The position numbers and the translations under genes were made by a program. From Eledone cirrhosa (lineage: Eukaryota), in assembly GCA_964016885.1 (NCBI GenBank), contig OZ024742.1:215202001-215266000 (forward strand): DNA of 64,000 nt. Direction: 5' to 3'. Of this stretch, positions 24,715-37,702 are shown piece after piece (within the stretch, counting starts at the first letter, position 1; the number at the start of each line of letters is the position of its first letter). The notes beneath the pieces were generated by a model. That model had not been told where the DNA came from, searched no databases, and saw only the letters and a program-made list of their open reading frames with translations.

Positions 24715-27700
24715 TTACAGACACATGCTCAGAGAAGGCCCATTCATTCGGGCCATACTTGCTTCTCTCACCCATCTTTCAACAAAATGCTGGGAAGAGA
24801 GCACCTCCCTCTCTACCCTGATTTTCCTTTTCAAATGAAATTTGAAAAAGTTAATCAGGGCATCACCGAAGAGGTAAGTGCTCGTCTTCAGCCCTTTCAA
24901 ACGTGTCCACCATACTATCTCTTTCGCCATGGCCACCAGACAGATAAAAACTGCCTGCCCTTCCAGGCTAAAGGAAGGGGGCGGGGCAATCCTCACGATG
25001 GACTCAGCTGATAGCTGGATCCGTCCTACACGTGACAGCAGGTGTTCGACATAAACCCACAAGTCAGCAATGCTCGGACACTGGACGAGTGCGTGCAGGA
25101 CGGTTTCGTCGCCCTGCGCGCATCTCGGACATGCCCGGCTGACGGCACCTCCATGCCTGTAGAGTTTATCCCGAACTGGCAAAGCTCCTCGGTAGCACTG
25201 CCAGGCCAGGGATTTCTGGAAGTTGTCCATAGGCCCCGGCCCGAAAGTCCTTCCGAAGAGATTGGCTAGTTGATTTTCGTCGACGCCTAGAGTTTCTCCA
25301 AGTACGTCGTCGCTCTTCCCCTCCACTAATCCCCTATAGAACGCCAAGGTGGAGTTTCCACCGATCACATTGCCCGATTGGTCGAGGGCTGTGAGCGCCT
25401 GAAGACATTCCAGTCTCCAAGCGCTCCCTCTCGGTCTTCGCTTGACCCAGGACTGCAGCTCCGTCAAGGAGACGAGCTGGGGAAAAACGTGTCTTGCAAA
25501 CGGCGACCACACCTGATCACCGTCGAGGAAGAGGTGGAGATGTCGTAGCCTGAGTGCGTGTCTGCGCATCATCAGCCACGGCATGCCCAGCCCTCCACGT
25601 AGCGGGTGTTGACAGCAGATGGACTGCCTGACCATCGGAGCGCGTCCCTTCCACAAGAAGCGAAAGAGCAAACGCTCCAGCGCAGTCAGGCGGGGCTTAG
25701 GACAAGGTACGACGGTCAGGCGGTAGTAGATGACGGATGCGATGTACGCATTCGCCACCTCCGCTCGACCTTTCAGGGATAGCTTCCTCTCCGCCCATTT
25801 CTGGGTGAGAGAAGCCACCCTGCTCGTCACCTCGTCCCAGTTTTTGTCCGTCTGGAGGTCTGGACCGAACCAGACCCCTAGCAATTTAACCGGTCCGTCC
25901 GTCCAGCGCCCGACGACGATGTTGGACGGCATGGACCTGCCTCTCCAGGTGTCGAGCTGCAGGCCCACTGACTTTTTCTGGTTGATCATTGCTCCTGTCA
26001 CCGCTTCGTATTCTCTTAGTGTAGTGCCGATCGCCTCGATGTGTTTGGCGTTCGACACCACTACGGTGACATCGTCGGCATATGCTGACACGGATCTTCC
26101 GCATCCTAGTTCGCGCGGGACCTCCCTCAACGTCTCCAGTTTGTGCAGTAATGGCTCGAGAGTCAATACGTACAATAGGGACGAGAGGGGACATCCTTGG
26201 CGGACCGAGCGCATGATGTTGAACGGTTCCGAAAGGTGACCGTTCACTCTCACTACAGAGCAGATGTCGCTGTGCATGGCAGCGATCCAGCCTCTGAAGA
26301 CGGGCCCAAAGCCAGCCGCCCTCAGGACTGCCGCTAGGTAGCGATGGTCGACCCTATCGAAGGCTTTCGACTGATCTAAATTGATCAAAGACCCACCCGT
26401 GCCAGGTTCCTTAGCTACCCTCTCTACGATGTATCGCATGAGGTGGAGGTTGTCGTGGATGGATCTGTCGGGAATGGCGCATGTCTGTGCCTCTCCCACC
26501 AGACCACCAACGACAAGCGCCAACCTCTTTGCTAGCACCTTGGCCAAAATCTTGAACTCTGTGTTTAGCAGTGTTATGGGCCTAAAATTATCTATGTTAT
26601 CCCCCTTGTTCGGATCCTTTCTCAGCAGCGCCACCGCTCCTCGGCTCACAGAACTGGGAATTCTCCCGTTCTGTTGCCAGTTGCAGTAGACGTCCGCCAA
26701 GAGGCCTCCGAACAAGTTTGGCATTTGTACGTAAAGTTCATAGGGCAGACCATCAAAACCAGGCGATTTACCCCTTGTGCAACTAGTCATTGCATCCCGT
26801 ACTTCAGCGGTTGTTATCGGCTTTTCGCAACACTCCGCCTCAGTGGCCGAAAGCCGCGGCAGTCCGTCGAGGTAGACACTAAAGTCCATCCCTCGATCCG
26901 GCCCGCCACTGCCCCCGAACAGCTGAGCGAAGTGTCGCTGAAAAGCTTCACACATTTGCCCGGGGTCGAGTAGCATGCGCCCGTCGTGGTCCACCAAAGA
27001 CCGGATCGTGGCTTTGTTGCCACGACGCGCCTCCGCCACTCGGGCCCATTGAACGGCTTTCGTCCCCTCGTGTCTGAGAGCACGCACCCTTGCTCTGACA
27101 ACGCAGCCTTCGTGCTTTGCATTGAAGAATTGGTCAAGGGCCAATTTCGCCGCAAGTACGTCGGTCGCGATGCCTTTGCTAAGCGCCTCATCTAATTTTC
27201 TAACTAATTCTCCCTCTGCTCTATTTTTCTCTATTGCTAAAGTCTTACTAAACCTAATGGACTCTATTCTAATTGCTCTTTTCAGAGCAAACCACCACTT
27301 GTTGTTGACGATGGCCCCCGTCAACGCCCGCTTAACTAGTTCGCTAATCCGGTCTCTTTAGGCCTTCCGCGCTGGTAAGGACGCGTTTAGCTTCCAGTAG
27401 CCGGGTCCTTGTCTATGAAGCCTATCTAAGTCAAGCACACAGATCACGAATTTGTGGTCCGTGTAGCTGACTATCTTGAATTGTGGACAGCCTATGCTAG
27501 ACCTATCTATTTCCCTACAAAATACTCTATCTAGATATGATCTGGATGACCCTATGCGATTTGTCCAAGTCCACATTGGTACATTCGGGAAATCCATTCG
27601 GTACCTGTCAGACAGTTCAAAACGTCTGAGGAGGTTGGTGAGACGCTTGCACCCTCCTTCCCTATCCACTAATCCCACACAATCCCAGCGTGCATCTAAG

Positions 27701-28134
27701 ATCCCGTTCCAGTCGCCCACTAACACTAAAGAGCGGGACGTTCCAAGAAAGGTCTCCAGACGCCGGAAGAAATCAGGCCGCCCTGCTCCTGTCGGGGCAT
27801 AGACGGCCACTAACCTGAAAGCTTGCCCGTCTCCGCTGGTCACGTCCAGCACCACCAACTTACCTTCTGGGTCCAGGAAGATGGCCCGTATGGCAAGATC
27901 CAAACCTCTCCGAAAAAGCACAGCAACTCCTCCCCCCGATCCCGGACGGCTGGGAGATGCGTACACATCGTAGCCGCCGAAGATCGGTGCGAAAGCCTGT
28001 GCTTCAGAGATTCTGGTCTCGCTGATGGCCACTACATCTATGTTTAGTGACCTGAGGTCGTTGAGCAGGTGGCCCTGCTTCCATGACGACCCCAAGCCAC
28101 GCGCATTTATGCTGCCTATTCTGAGTGAGGTCAT
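24715..28134 (-). pseudogene. ORF2: APE endonuclease + RT + C-terminal CCHC, with one in-frame premature stop at 27358-27360
   Basis: INARGL, SETR, VYAP, GDWN, LDRVF, TDH; FRPITLLN, LDQSKAFD, VRQGCPLS, YADD; CPRC..ETVLHALVQC; ORFs 28134-27358 and 27324-24715 share a frame, and the paralog has Tyr at the stop (PARKTYRDRIS). Confidence 0.9.
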
Positions 28135-28168
28135 GTTGAAAAGGAGTGGAAAAGATGGGAAAGACCAC

Positions 28169-30017
28169 TTACCTTACTTCTCGTAGGGGAAGGACGGCTT
28201 TTCCATCCTTTTCACTGCTTGTGGCCTCCTCAGGAAGGATGTCCTTATAAATCCTCCTGGAGAGTGCTTGTCGGAAGTCTCCGATGTCTTTGGGGAATTT
28301 TTGTTTTAGTGTCATGTACGTTTTCTGTGTGATGCGAGTGATTTGTATGTGTGGAGGTGGTGTGAATTTTGGGGTTGTTGTGTAGTCTTTTTCTGTGATG
28401 CTGGTGTTGTGTTGGATGTAGTGTAATAATTGCTTGTTGTTCAAATTTAATGCTGTGTAGTGTGTATCGTTTTGGTTGTTTTGTTTTGTTTGCGTTTGTT
28501 GTGGGTTTGTTTCTGTTTCGCATTTTGGTGACTTTTGTGGTGTAGGTGATGGTGGTGTTGGAGTTAATGATGGTGATGGTGTTGGTGTTTGGGTTGATGG
28601 GGTTGGTGATGCTGGTGTGGATGGTGGCATATCTGTCCTAACTTTTTTGTTTCTTGGTTTATTTGTTTCCCTCTGTATTTTGTTTTTGGAGGGGGAAGGA
28701 AGAGAATTTTTTCTTTTTTGGTTTCTTTTTTTTTCCGGATATCGTTTCCCACTCCTGTCGTCACAATCTGTCTCCAGTTGTGATAGGCCGGGGAGTGGAA
28801 AATCCTCCACAGCCGTTAGTTTTGGTTGTGGTGTGGTGGATGGTGTAGGCGCTGGTGCTAGTTCTGAAGCGTTGGGTGGTGGTGTTGGTTTTGCTGGTGG
28901 TGGTAGTGGTGTTGGTTTTGCTACTGTTGCTGGGTTTGTTGCTGTTATAGTTGCTTCTGTTGTTGCTGCTACAGTTGTTGCTGCCATCTCTGCTACTGGT
29001 GGTGTTGATGGTTGTGTCACTGGGGTGGGTAGGAGAGGTGGCCTCAACCTTTTAGCCTGAGGGCAGAAAGCCCTTAGGTGGGTTCCTTCACCACAAACGA
29101 CACACCTAGGTCTTCTGCCCTCGACAATTACCGTGAGGTGGCTGCCGTCAGTGAGGTCTATTACCTCTGGGATCTCCTCAATGCTTTTTTGGTCCGCTTG
29201 GATCAGGAGCTCCATCCCAGATCCGGACCAGTTTTCCTGCTTTTCTTTTGCTATTGTTATTATTTTCGTGTTGGCCTCGATGCCGGCGATGACAGCCGCT
29301 ATTAGCCAGGAATTTCGATGGCCGGTGGAACGTGGGTCACCCTGATCTTTACGAGTCTCTGGCCACAATAGCTTGGGACGAGTGTGAGGTCGTCACTTTT
29401 TAATGGGGCCATGGAGTGTTCTCTAGCCTCCTCTGGTGTTTCAAAGAACACATCCACGGTTCCATACTTTTGCCCACGTCTGATGTGGGTTTTTCTTGCC
29501 CACACATGTCCCAAAGCTTTTTGGATTTGGGACTCGGATGCCCGTTCCACTCGGCGCGATTTTACATTTATTGTTCTATACGACACGGTGCACAGGCGCC
29601 GATGCTCCATTTTATTAGGTGGGGGGGGGGGGTGAGGCTGACCCTGTACCCATCTTTCTTTACCATTTGTTTGGCATTTTCTAAATCTTCTTGAGTTACC
29701 GTGAACGCTTCGAATTGTTTTGCTACGATGGCGAAACTGAGGGTCGGTTTTATAATGTCATTGTTGTTGTTGTTGCTATCGTTAATATTAATTTTATTTT
29801 CAGTTATGGTGGTGGTGACGTCAGTCGTCTTTGGTGGGGAAGAGTCCATTTTGCTTGATTTCATTTCGACGTCACGAGTTAATTTATTTTTTTCTTCTTT
29901 TGTTTCTGTTGTCGCGGTGGTGGTGGTGGTGGTGGTTGTCGCGGTGGTGGTGGTGGTGGAGGGTTTAACACCTGCAGTCATTGGTAATGGCGGGAAATGA
30001 ATGTCTGCCTGAGACAA
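28169..30017 (-). pseudogene. ORF1 (gag-like; RRM-like region, CxxCx4Hx4C knuckle, Pro/Thr-rich linker) split by two frameshifts
   Basis: Three ORF pieces join when compared with paralogs at 36.5-37 kb and 58 kb; frameshifts at the poly-C tract (~29621-29632) and near 29310; CVVCGEGTHLRAFC. Confidence 0.8.
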
Positions 30018-30360
30018 ATTTAAAATATTGCTACTGCTTATATTTTTTTTGTGTTGGCAAACGTAGTAACATTTACAATGGTGGTGTCGGTGTGAGGTGT
30101 TATTTTGTGAGGAAGGCTCTCAGCTGCTTGGTGCACAGGGGAATTAGCCATTTTTTTTCAAAGAAATTTTTGGATAATAATAAAAGTTAAAATTTTGGGC
30201 ACAAGGCCCCAATCTTTTTGGGTGTCCTTTTCGGAAAACAATGTATGTGTGCTTATAAACAGTTTACAATAAAATTTTCCATAAATGGCAATTTTTAAAC
30301 AAACGGAAATAACAAACCTTTGCGGAGCTCACGATAATACGATTTCCTACGTAGGTCGCC

Positions 30361-30408
<48 letters not shown>

Positions 30409-30465
30409 TGTTTCTACTTTAGGCACAAGGCCAGCAATTACCCAGTGCATTACTGGTACTTTATT
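30361..30465 (-). mobile_element. Family 1 SINE 3' end plus long (ATT)n tail
   Basis: AAATAAAGTACCAGTAATGCACTGGGTAATTGCTGGCCTTGTGCCTAAAGTAGAAAC(AATT..) on the minus strand. Confidence 0.85.
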
Positions 30466-30521
30466 TCAGGTTTCACTTCGAAAGGAAGGTGAGGGTGGAG
30501 AGAGAATTGCTGCGCCCCAGT

Positions 30522-31700
30522 AATAATGATTTCATTTATTGGCCACAAGGGCCGACATATAGGGGACAAAACAAAAGACTGGGACAGTGGGGGTTTACAG
30601 AAAAATCTAGTAAACAATAACAAAGTAACAATAAAGTGACAATAAAATTACAACAAGAAAAAGTTCCCCAATAGGGGGGATGACCACCCAGGGTTCGCTC
30701 AGGTACCCCACCAATCCTGAACGATCCGATGCTTCGAGAGCACCCTGGAAAGGCAAACTCTCTCCTCCTCAAATTTACCTACCTACAGCCGCATGACCAG
30801 AGTAGGCCCACTCATACGGGCCCTTCTCGCCACATTCACCCACCTTTCAGCAAATGTACTGAGGCGCAGCACTTCTCTCTCCACCCTCACCTTCCTTTCC
30901 AAGTGAAACTTGAAAAAGTTGATGAGGGATTGGCCTAAGAGAAAAGTGTCTGTCTTCAGTCCTTACAACCTCGTCCACCATACAACCTTTTTCGCTACTG
31001 CCACCAGACAGAGGAAAATTGCCTGCCTTTTCTGGCGAAAAAAAGGCAGCGGGTCGATATTCACTATGGACTCGGCCGATAGCCGGATCTGTTCTACACG
31101 CGACAACAGCTGTTCAACATAACTCCACAAGTCAGTAATGCACGGACACTGGACGAGTGTGTGCAGAACGGTTTTCGTCGCTCTGCGCGCATCTCGGGCA
31201 TGTCCGTGTGACAGCAGTTCCGTGCCTGTAGAGTTTATCTCGAACCGGCAGTGCCCCCCCCCCCCCGGTAGCACTGCCAAGCGAGGGATTTATGGAAATT
31301 ATCCATCGTCCCCGGCTCTAAAGTCCTACGGTACAGACTGGTTAGTTCGACTTCGTTGACTCCCAGAGACTCTTCAACCACCACTTGCCCACCACTAATC
31401 CTCTATAGAACTCGAGAGTGGAAGTTCCACTGACCGCATTGCCCGCCTGGTAGAGGGCAATGAGTGCCTGGCAACATTCCAGATGCCAGTCACCCAGTCT
31501 CGGTCTCTTCTTGACCCAGGACTGCAGCTCAGTCAAAGAGACGAGCTGCGGAAAGGCCCGTCTGACAAACAGCGACCACACCTGTTCACCTTTTAGCCAG
31601 AATATCTGGATATGCCGCAGCCTCAGCGCATGCTGCGCATCATTAGCCACGACATGCCCAGCCCTCCACGTAGAGGGTGCTGGCAGCAGATAGACCGCCT
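30522..31700 (-). mobile_element. Tx1 subfamily C, 5'-truncated decayed copy
   Basis: HALRLRH..EQVWS..FPQLVSLTELQSWVKKRP, LSAESIV and VVWWTRL pieces; distinct 3' UTR ending GGCCCTTGTGGCCAATAAA. Confidence 0.85.
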
Positions 31701-31764
31701 CACCAGCGGAACCTGACAACTCCACAAAAATTTGAAGATGAGCCGCTCGAATAAAAACAATAAT

Positions 31765-31951
31765 AATAATATTAATTGTTTCTACTTTAGGCACAAGGCC
31801 AGCAATTATCCCAGTGTATTACTGGCACTTTATTTTATCGACCCCGTAAGGATGAAAGGCAAAGTTAACCTCGGCGGGATTTGAACTCAGATCATAAAGG
31901 GCCGTAACTCTTTGCTACAAAGCATGGCGTCCGACCCTTTACCGATACTGC
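31765..31951 (-). mobile_element. tRNA-derived SINE, family 1
   Basis: Reverse complement of the 7921-8100 family. Confidence 0.88.
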
Positions 31952-31952
31952 A

Positions 31953-34900
31953 TGGTTTCTTTATTGGCCACAAGGGCTGACACGAACAAAAACATTAGAG
32001 ACGGCACAGAACAGTAAAGGACGATACAAATTGGGTTTGGTCGTGTAAACAGGTTATAACAAAATCGATCTAGAAATCCAAAAAAATCCAAACAACAAAT
32101 ATTCCCCAAGAAGGGGGAAACCTCCGAGGGTCACTCGTGGTGAAACACAACACAAAAAACCACGGCCACCATGACCACCAGGTCAAGCGCCCTCTCTCTG
32201 TTTTCCAACTCCTTAGTCTACAGGCGTATACTCAAAGCGGGCCCGTTCACTCAGACCAGACTCGCCACATTTGCCCCCCTTTCAATAAACTTACTAGAAG
32301 ACAGCACTTGCCTCTCCACCCTGATTTTCCTCTTCAAGTGAAACTTAAAAAAGTTAATCAGGGATTGGCTGGAGAAGAAAGTATCCGACTTCAACCCTTT
32401 CAATCTTGTCTACCACACAATCTCTTTCGCCATGGCCACCAGGCAGATTAAAACTGTCTGCCCTTCCTCCTCTTTAAAGGAGGATGGCGGGGCTATCTGC
32501 ACAATGGACTCAGTCGATAACCGGATATGTCATACACGCGACAGCAGCTGTTCGACATAGCTCCACAAGTCACCATTCCTCGGGCGTTGAACGAGAGCGT
32601 GCAGGACGCTTTCGTCGCCCTGCGCGCATCACGGACAGACGCGGCTGATAGCACCTTCGTGCCTGTAGAGCTCATCCCGAATTGGCAACGCTCCCCGATA
32701 GCACTTCCAGGTCAGAGATGTCTTGAAGTTGTCCATCGGCCCCCGTCTGAAAGTTCTCTTGAAGAGAGCGAACAGCTAATCATCTTCGACGCCCAGGGTC
32801 TCCCCGGGAACGTCGTTGCTCTATCTTTCCACTAGCCCTCTATAGAACGCCGAGGTGGATGTTCCACCGATACTAGTGCCCAGCTGGTAGAGGGCGGTGA
32901 GCTCTTGGAGACATTCCAGCTTCAAAGCGCTGTCCATCGGTCTTTTCCTGATCCAGGACTGCAGCTCCGTGAAGGAGACGACCTGGGGAAAAGCGCGTCT
33001 GGCAAACGGCGACCACACCTGTTCACCGCCAAGGAAGCACCAGAGATGTCTCAGCCTCAGCGCATGTTTGTGCATCATCAGCCCCGGCATGCCTAGTCCT
33101 CCACGCAACGGGTATTGACAACAAATGGATCGTCTGAGCATGGGAGCACGTCCTTTCCACAAAAGGCGGAAGAGTTGGTGCTCCATTTTGGTCAGAGCTG
33201 GGCGCGGGCAAGGTACGACGGTCAGGCGGTAGCAGATGACGGACGCTATGTACGCATTCGCCACCTCCGCCCGGCATTTCAGAGACAGCCTCCTCTCGGC
33301 CCATTTCTGGATGAGAGAGGCCACCCTGCCCGTCACCTCGCTCCAGTTTTTCTCCATCTGGAGGTCCGGACCGAACCGGAACCCGAGCAATTTAACCGGT
33401 CCTTCCGTCCAGCGCCCCACGACGCTGTCGGACGGCATGGACTTGCCTCTCTAGGTGCCGAGTTGCAAGCCCAGCGACTTTTCCTAGTTTATCTTAGCTC
33501 CTGTCATCGCTTCGTATGACGTAAGAGCGGAGCCGAGTATCTGGACATGTTTGGTGCTCGACACCACCACGGATATCCCGAATCCCAGTTCGCGTGGGAG
33601 CCCCCTCATCGTCTACAATTTATGCAGTAACGGCTCGAGGGCCAGTACGTACAAGTGGGACGAGAGGGGGCAACCCAGGTGGACCGAGCGCATGATGCTG
33701 AAAGACTGCGACAGTGACCATTTACCCTCACAATCAACCAGATGTCGCTGTGCAACGCAGCGATCCAACCCCTAAAATCCGGCCGGAAATCGGCCGCCTC
33801 GAGGACCGCAGCCATGTACCGATGGTCGACCTTATCAAATACTTTAGATTGATCCAAGTTGACCAGGGCCCCACCCGAGCCAGGTTCCATAACCACCCTC
33901 TTTATGTTGTATCGCATGAGCTGGAGGTTGTCGTGCATGGATCTGTCCGGAATGGCGCATGTCTTCGCCACTCCCACACATCACCGTCGACAAGCGCCAA
34001 TCTCTTTGCTAAGACCTTGGCCAAAATCTTAAACGGTGCGTTCAGCAGATTTATGGGCCTGAAGTTGTTTATAACGTCCTCCTTGTTCGGGTCTTTTCTC
34101 AGCAGCGTCACCGCTCCCCAGCTCACAAAACTGGGAATGCTCCCGTTCTGCTGCCAGTAGCAGTAGACATCTGGCAAAAGGTCGCCGAACAAGTCTGTCA
34201 TATACGCATACAGCTCGTAGGGCAGACCATCCAAACCTGGCGATTTACCCTTCGTGCAGTAATACATCGCTTCCCGTAATTCAACTGCTGTTATCGGCTT
34301 TTCGCAGCACTGCGCTGCGGTCGTTGAGAGCGATGGCAGTTCGTCGAGGTATACACCGAAGTCCATACACCGATCCGGCCGGCCACCGCTCCCGAACAAT
34401 TGAGCAAATTGCTGTTGAAAAGCCGCACACATCTGCTCGGTTCAAGCAGCATGCGCACGTTTTGATCAGACAAAGAACGAATTGTGGACTTGTTGCCAAG
34501 TCACGCCCCCACCACCCGGGCCCATTAAACGGCTTTCGTCCCCCCGTGTCTTCATGCTTTACGTCGAAGAATTGGTCGAGTGCCAATCTCGCCGCAAGCA
34601 CGTCGGTTGCGATGCCTGTCCTAAACACATCTAGATTTCTAACGAACTCTCCCTCTACACTATTTTCCTCTTTCACTACTCCTTTTCTAAACCTTATCGA
34701 TTCTACTGTAATATCCCTTTTCAAGGTAAACCACCACCTGTTGACGATCGCACCCGTCAACGCACTCCTAACTAATTAGCTAATCCGGTCTCTGTAAGTT
34801 TTGCGCGCCGGGGACGACGCGTTCAGCTTCCAGTAGCCGGGCCCTTTCCTATGGCGTCTATCTAACTCAACTTCACAGATCTCAAATTTGTGGTCCGTGT

Positions 34901-37702
34901 AGTCGACTACATTAAATTGTGGACAGCCTACACTAGCCTTATCTCTTTCCCTACAGAATACCCTATCTAAATACGATCTGGATGACCCGATGCTTTTGCC
35001 CATGTCCACGTTGGCCAATGCGGATAATCCACTCTATACCTGTCAGACAGTTCAAAATGTCTTAGCAGGTTGTTGAGGCTTTTACACCCTCCTGCCCTCT
35101 CTACTAGCCCCACATAATCCCAGCATACCGTACCAGTCGCCCACTAACACTAAAGAGCGGGACGTTCCAAGAAAGATCTCTAGAAGTCTGAAGAAATCTG
35201 GCCGTCCTGCCCCTGTTGGGGCGTAGACGGCTACTACACTGAAAGCATTGCCTTCGCTGCCGGTCACGTCCAGCACAACCGACTTATCTTCTGGGTCCAG
35301 GCAGATGGCGCGTATGGCGAGATCCCAGCCTCTCCGAAAAAGCACGGCAACACATCCCCCAGATCCAGGACGGCTGGGGGATGCGTATACTTCGTAGCCG
35401 CCGAAGATCGGTGCGACGGCTCGTGCTTCGGCGATTCTGGTCTAGTTGATAGCTACCACATCTATGTTTAGTGACCTGAAGTCGTTGAGGAGGTGACATG
35501 CTTTAAAGATGACCCCAAGCAACGTACATTTATACTGCATATTCTAAGTACTGGGTAAGTGAGAAAGCATCACTTACCTTGATCATATGGTGAAGGGACA
35601 GTAGAACCGTCCCTTTAGCTGGTCATGGGTGCTTCCAAGAGGATGTCGGTGTATATCCTCTTCGTAACCGACCCTCTGAAGTCTCCAACTGCGTTGGGGA
35701 ATTTTTCTTTTAGCAGTTTGTAATGTTCTATTTTGATTTCAACTATGTTTATGTTTTTCAGGAGAGTTCTTGGTGTTGGTGGGGTGTAGTAGTTTTTTTC
35801 TGTGATGTCTGTGTGCTGCTTTATATGTTGTAAGGGTTCTTTATTTGCCATGTTTATGGCTGTACTTTTTTAAGGGAGGGCTGATTTTATTGCTGTTTTC
35901 TTGTTGTTGCTGTTGGGTGTGTGTGTTTTGTTGTATTTGCGATGTTGGTGTTTTTGGTGATGCTGGTGGTAGTGTGGTTGTTGTTGGTGGTGATGGTGAT
36001 GGTGGTGGGGGTGTTGCAAGTCTCACTGCAGCTTTTACCCCTCTTTCTTCGCCTTCGCTTTTGGAGGGTGAAGCTAAGGGGTTTTTCCTTTTTTGTTCTT
36101 TTGTGTTAGACTGTTTGCCACTTCCCTCCCGCCTCATACACCATGTCAGAATCCGTGACGTCTGGGTGGGGTATGAGCTCCACTGCTGTTGGTAGTGGTA
36201 GTGGAGCCCGCTCCGGTGATTTTGCCGCCGGTGTAAATACTGCGACTGCTGGTGACTACGCCACTGCCTCCGCTGCTTTAGTTGTCCGTGGCCTTGGTAT
36301 GGGTGCCACGGACGTTGCCCTCATACGCACCATGGAAGGGTCTTCTACCTCTGTTTCCCGCCCTGCTCATGGTAGCAGCGGATCAGGTGTCGGAAGGAGG
36401 GAGCCCTCTTCTTGGATGTCATGGCACAGAGATAGTACTTTGGGCGCGTTCCTGCCTCGCTTATAGGTGGTTGGAGTCATTCTTCGAGGTCTATAATGTC
36501 TTGGATGGCCCCGATGCACTCCTGGTCAGTTTGTATTAGCATTTGCATGACTATTCCTGAGAGTTCTCTCTTCCATTCTCTGTATTTGAAGTACGGTGGT
36601 CTTCTCTTCGATTCTCGCCAGTACAGACGCGGCCAGCCAAGATATGGTCACGTACGGCGGGACCTGGGTCACTTTGACCCTCACAATTTTCTGCTGGTAG
36701 TAGGAGGGTACCAAGAGGGTTTCCAAAGAGTGAGACTTCGCTTCTGGGCGGGTGGCGAAAAGTACGTCTATTGTGGCGTATGTTTTGCCTTGGATGATGT
36801 GGGTTTTGGGCGTCCATACGCTCCCCAAGGCCTTTTGGATTTGAGCCTCCGTGACTCTCTCTACCCGACGTGACATTTTGCTTTCGGTGCGGTAAGTCAC
36901 TGTGCGCAGCTGCTGGTCTTTGAAGAAATCGGGTGGAGGTTTCATGGAAATTCTATTATCATTTCTAGTCACCATGGTTCTTGCGACTTCCATCTCCTCC
37001 TGCGTGACTAACACTGTCTCTATATTTCGACCCACACCTGCGAAAGAATAGGCCCCTTTTTTAGTGGCACTATTATTGCTGCTACTACTTATCTTGTTGT
37101 TGGTGCTTTCGCTGTTGCTATTGCTACAAACGGTGTTGTTGGTGCTGTTATCACTGTTGTAGTTGGTTTTGTTTTTGGTGCCACCATTATTGTTATTTTC
37201 GGTGCAATTTGTATTTGTTGCTGTTGGTGTTGTCGTTGTTTATTTTATTGTTAGTGGTGTTAATATCGTTGTTGCATTTGTTGTCATTTTTTCTGGTGTC
37301 TGTATTTTGGTTGACGTTGTTATTGTTGTAGTTGGTGTGGTAACTTTTTCAAAATGAGTGTTCTCAGTTTTGTTTTCTTTGTTCACCTTGTTTGTGGTGG
37401 TGTTTTTTGTATGAATTTTACTAACCCTCCTCTCAAACTTTTACGCCGTTGTCACACGACAGCAGACATATTGCTTGGGGGCGTGGCACAGCCATGGTTT
37501 TTTTTATTTTCAAAAGTAAAATATTCAAATATTGTTCAAATATTTTGGGCCAAAAGTCCCAAATATTATACTTTCCTCTTCACAGGGCAAAGTCCAAGGG
37601 CTTATATCCCTTAAATAACAAGAATAATTTAACAAGAAATAATTATAAAAGGTAAATAAAGCGACTTACTGGGAGCGAGCAAAAAGGACGTCCGAACAGA
37701 TC
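31953..37702 (-). mobile_element. Tx1 subfamily B, full length but heavily disrupted
   Basis: Fragmented ORF1 (~35575-37400), APE (~34780-35540), RT and C-terminus (~32217-34760) collinear with subfamily A; (ATT)n at the 5' side. Confidence 0.88.

Larger units (their letters stand above)
24491..30360 (-). mobile_element. Tx1/L1-clade LINE subfamily A, full length, near intact
   Basis: 5' UTR, ORF1 (RRM-like + CCHC), ORF2 (APE-RT-CCHC), 3' UTR; (ATT)n at both ends. Confidence 0.9.

Noticed and set aside
27358-27360. Programmed read-through between APE and RT
   Set aside because: The paralog has Tyr at this codon, so a simple nonsense mutation is more parsimonious
25042-29694. Numerous plus-strand ORFs of 70-190 aa
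   Set aside because: Antisense shadows of the GC-richer Tx1 coding strand
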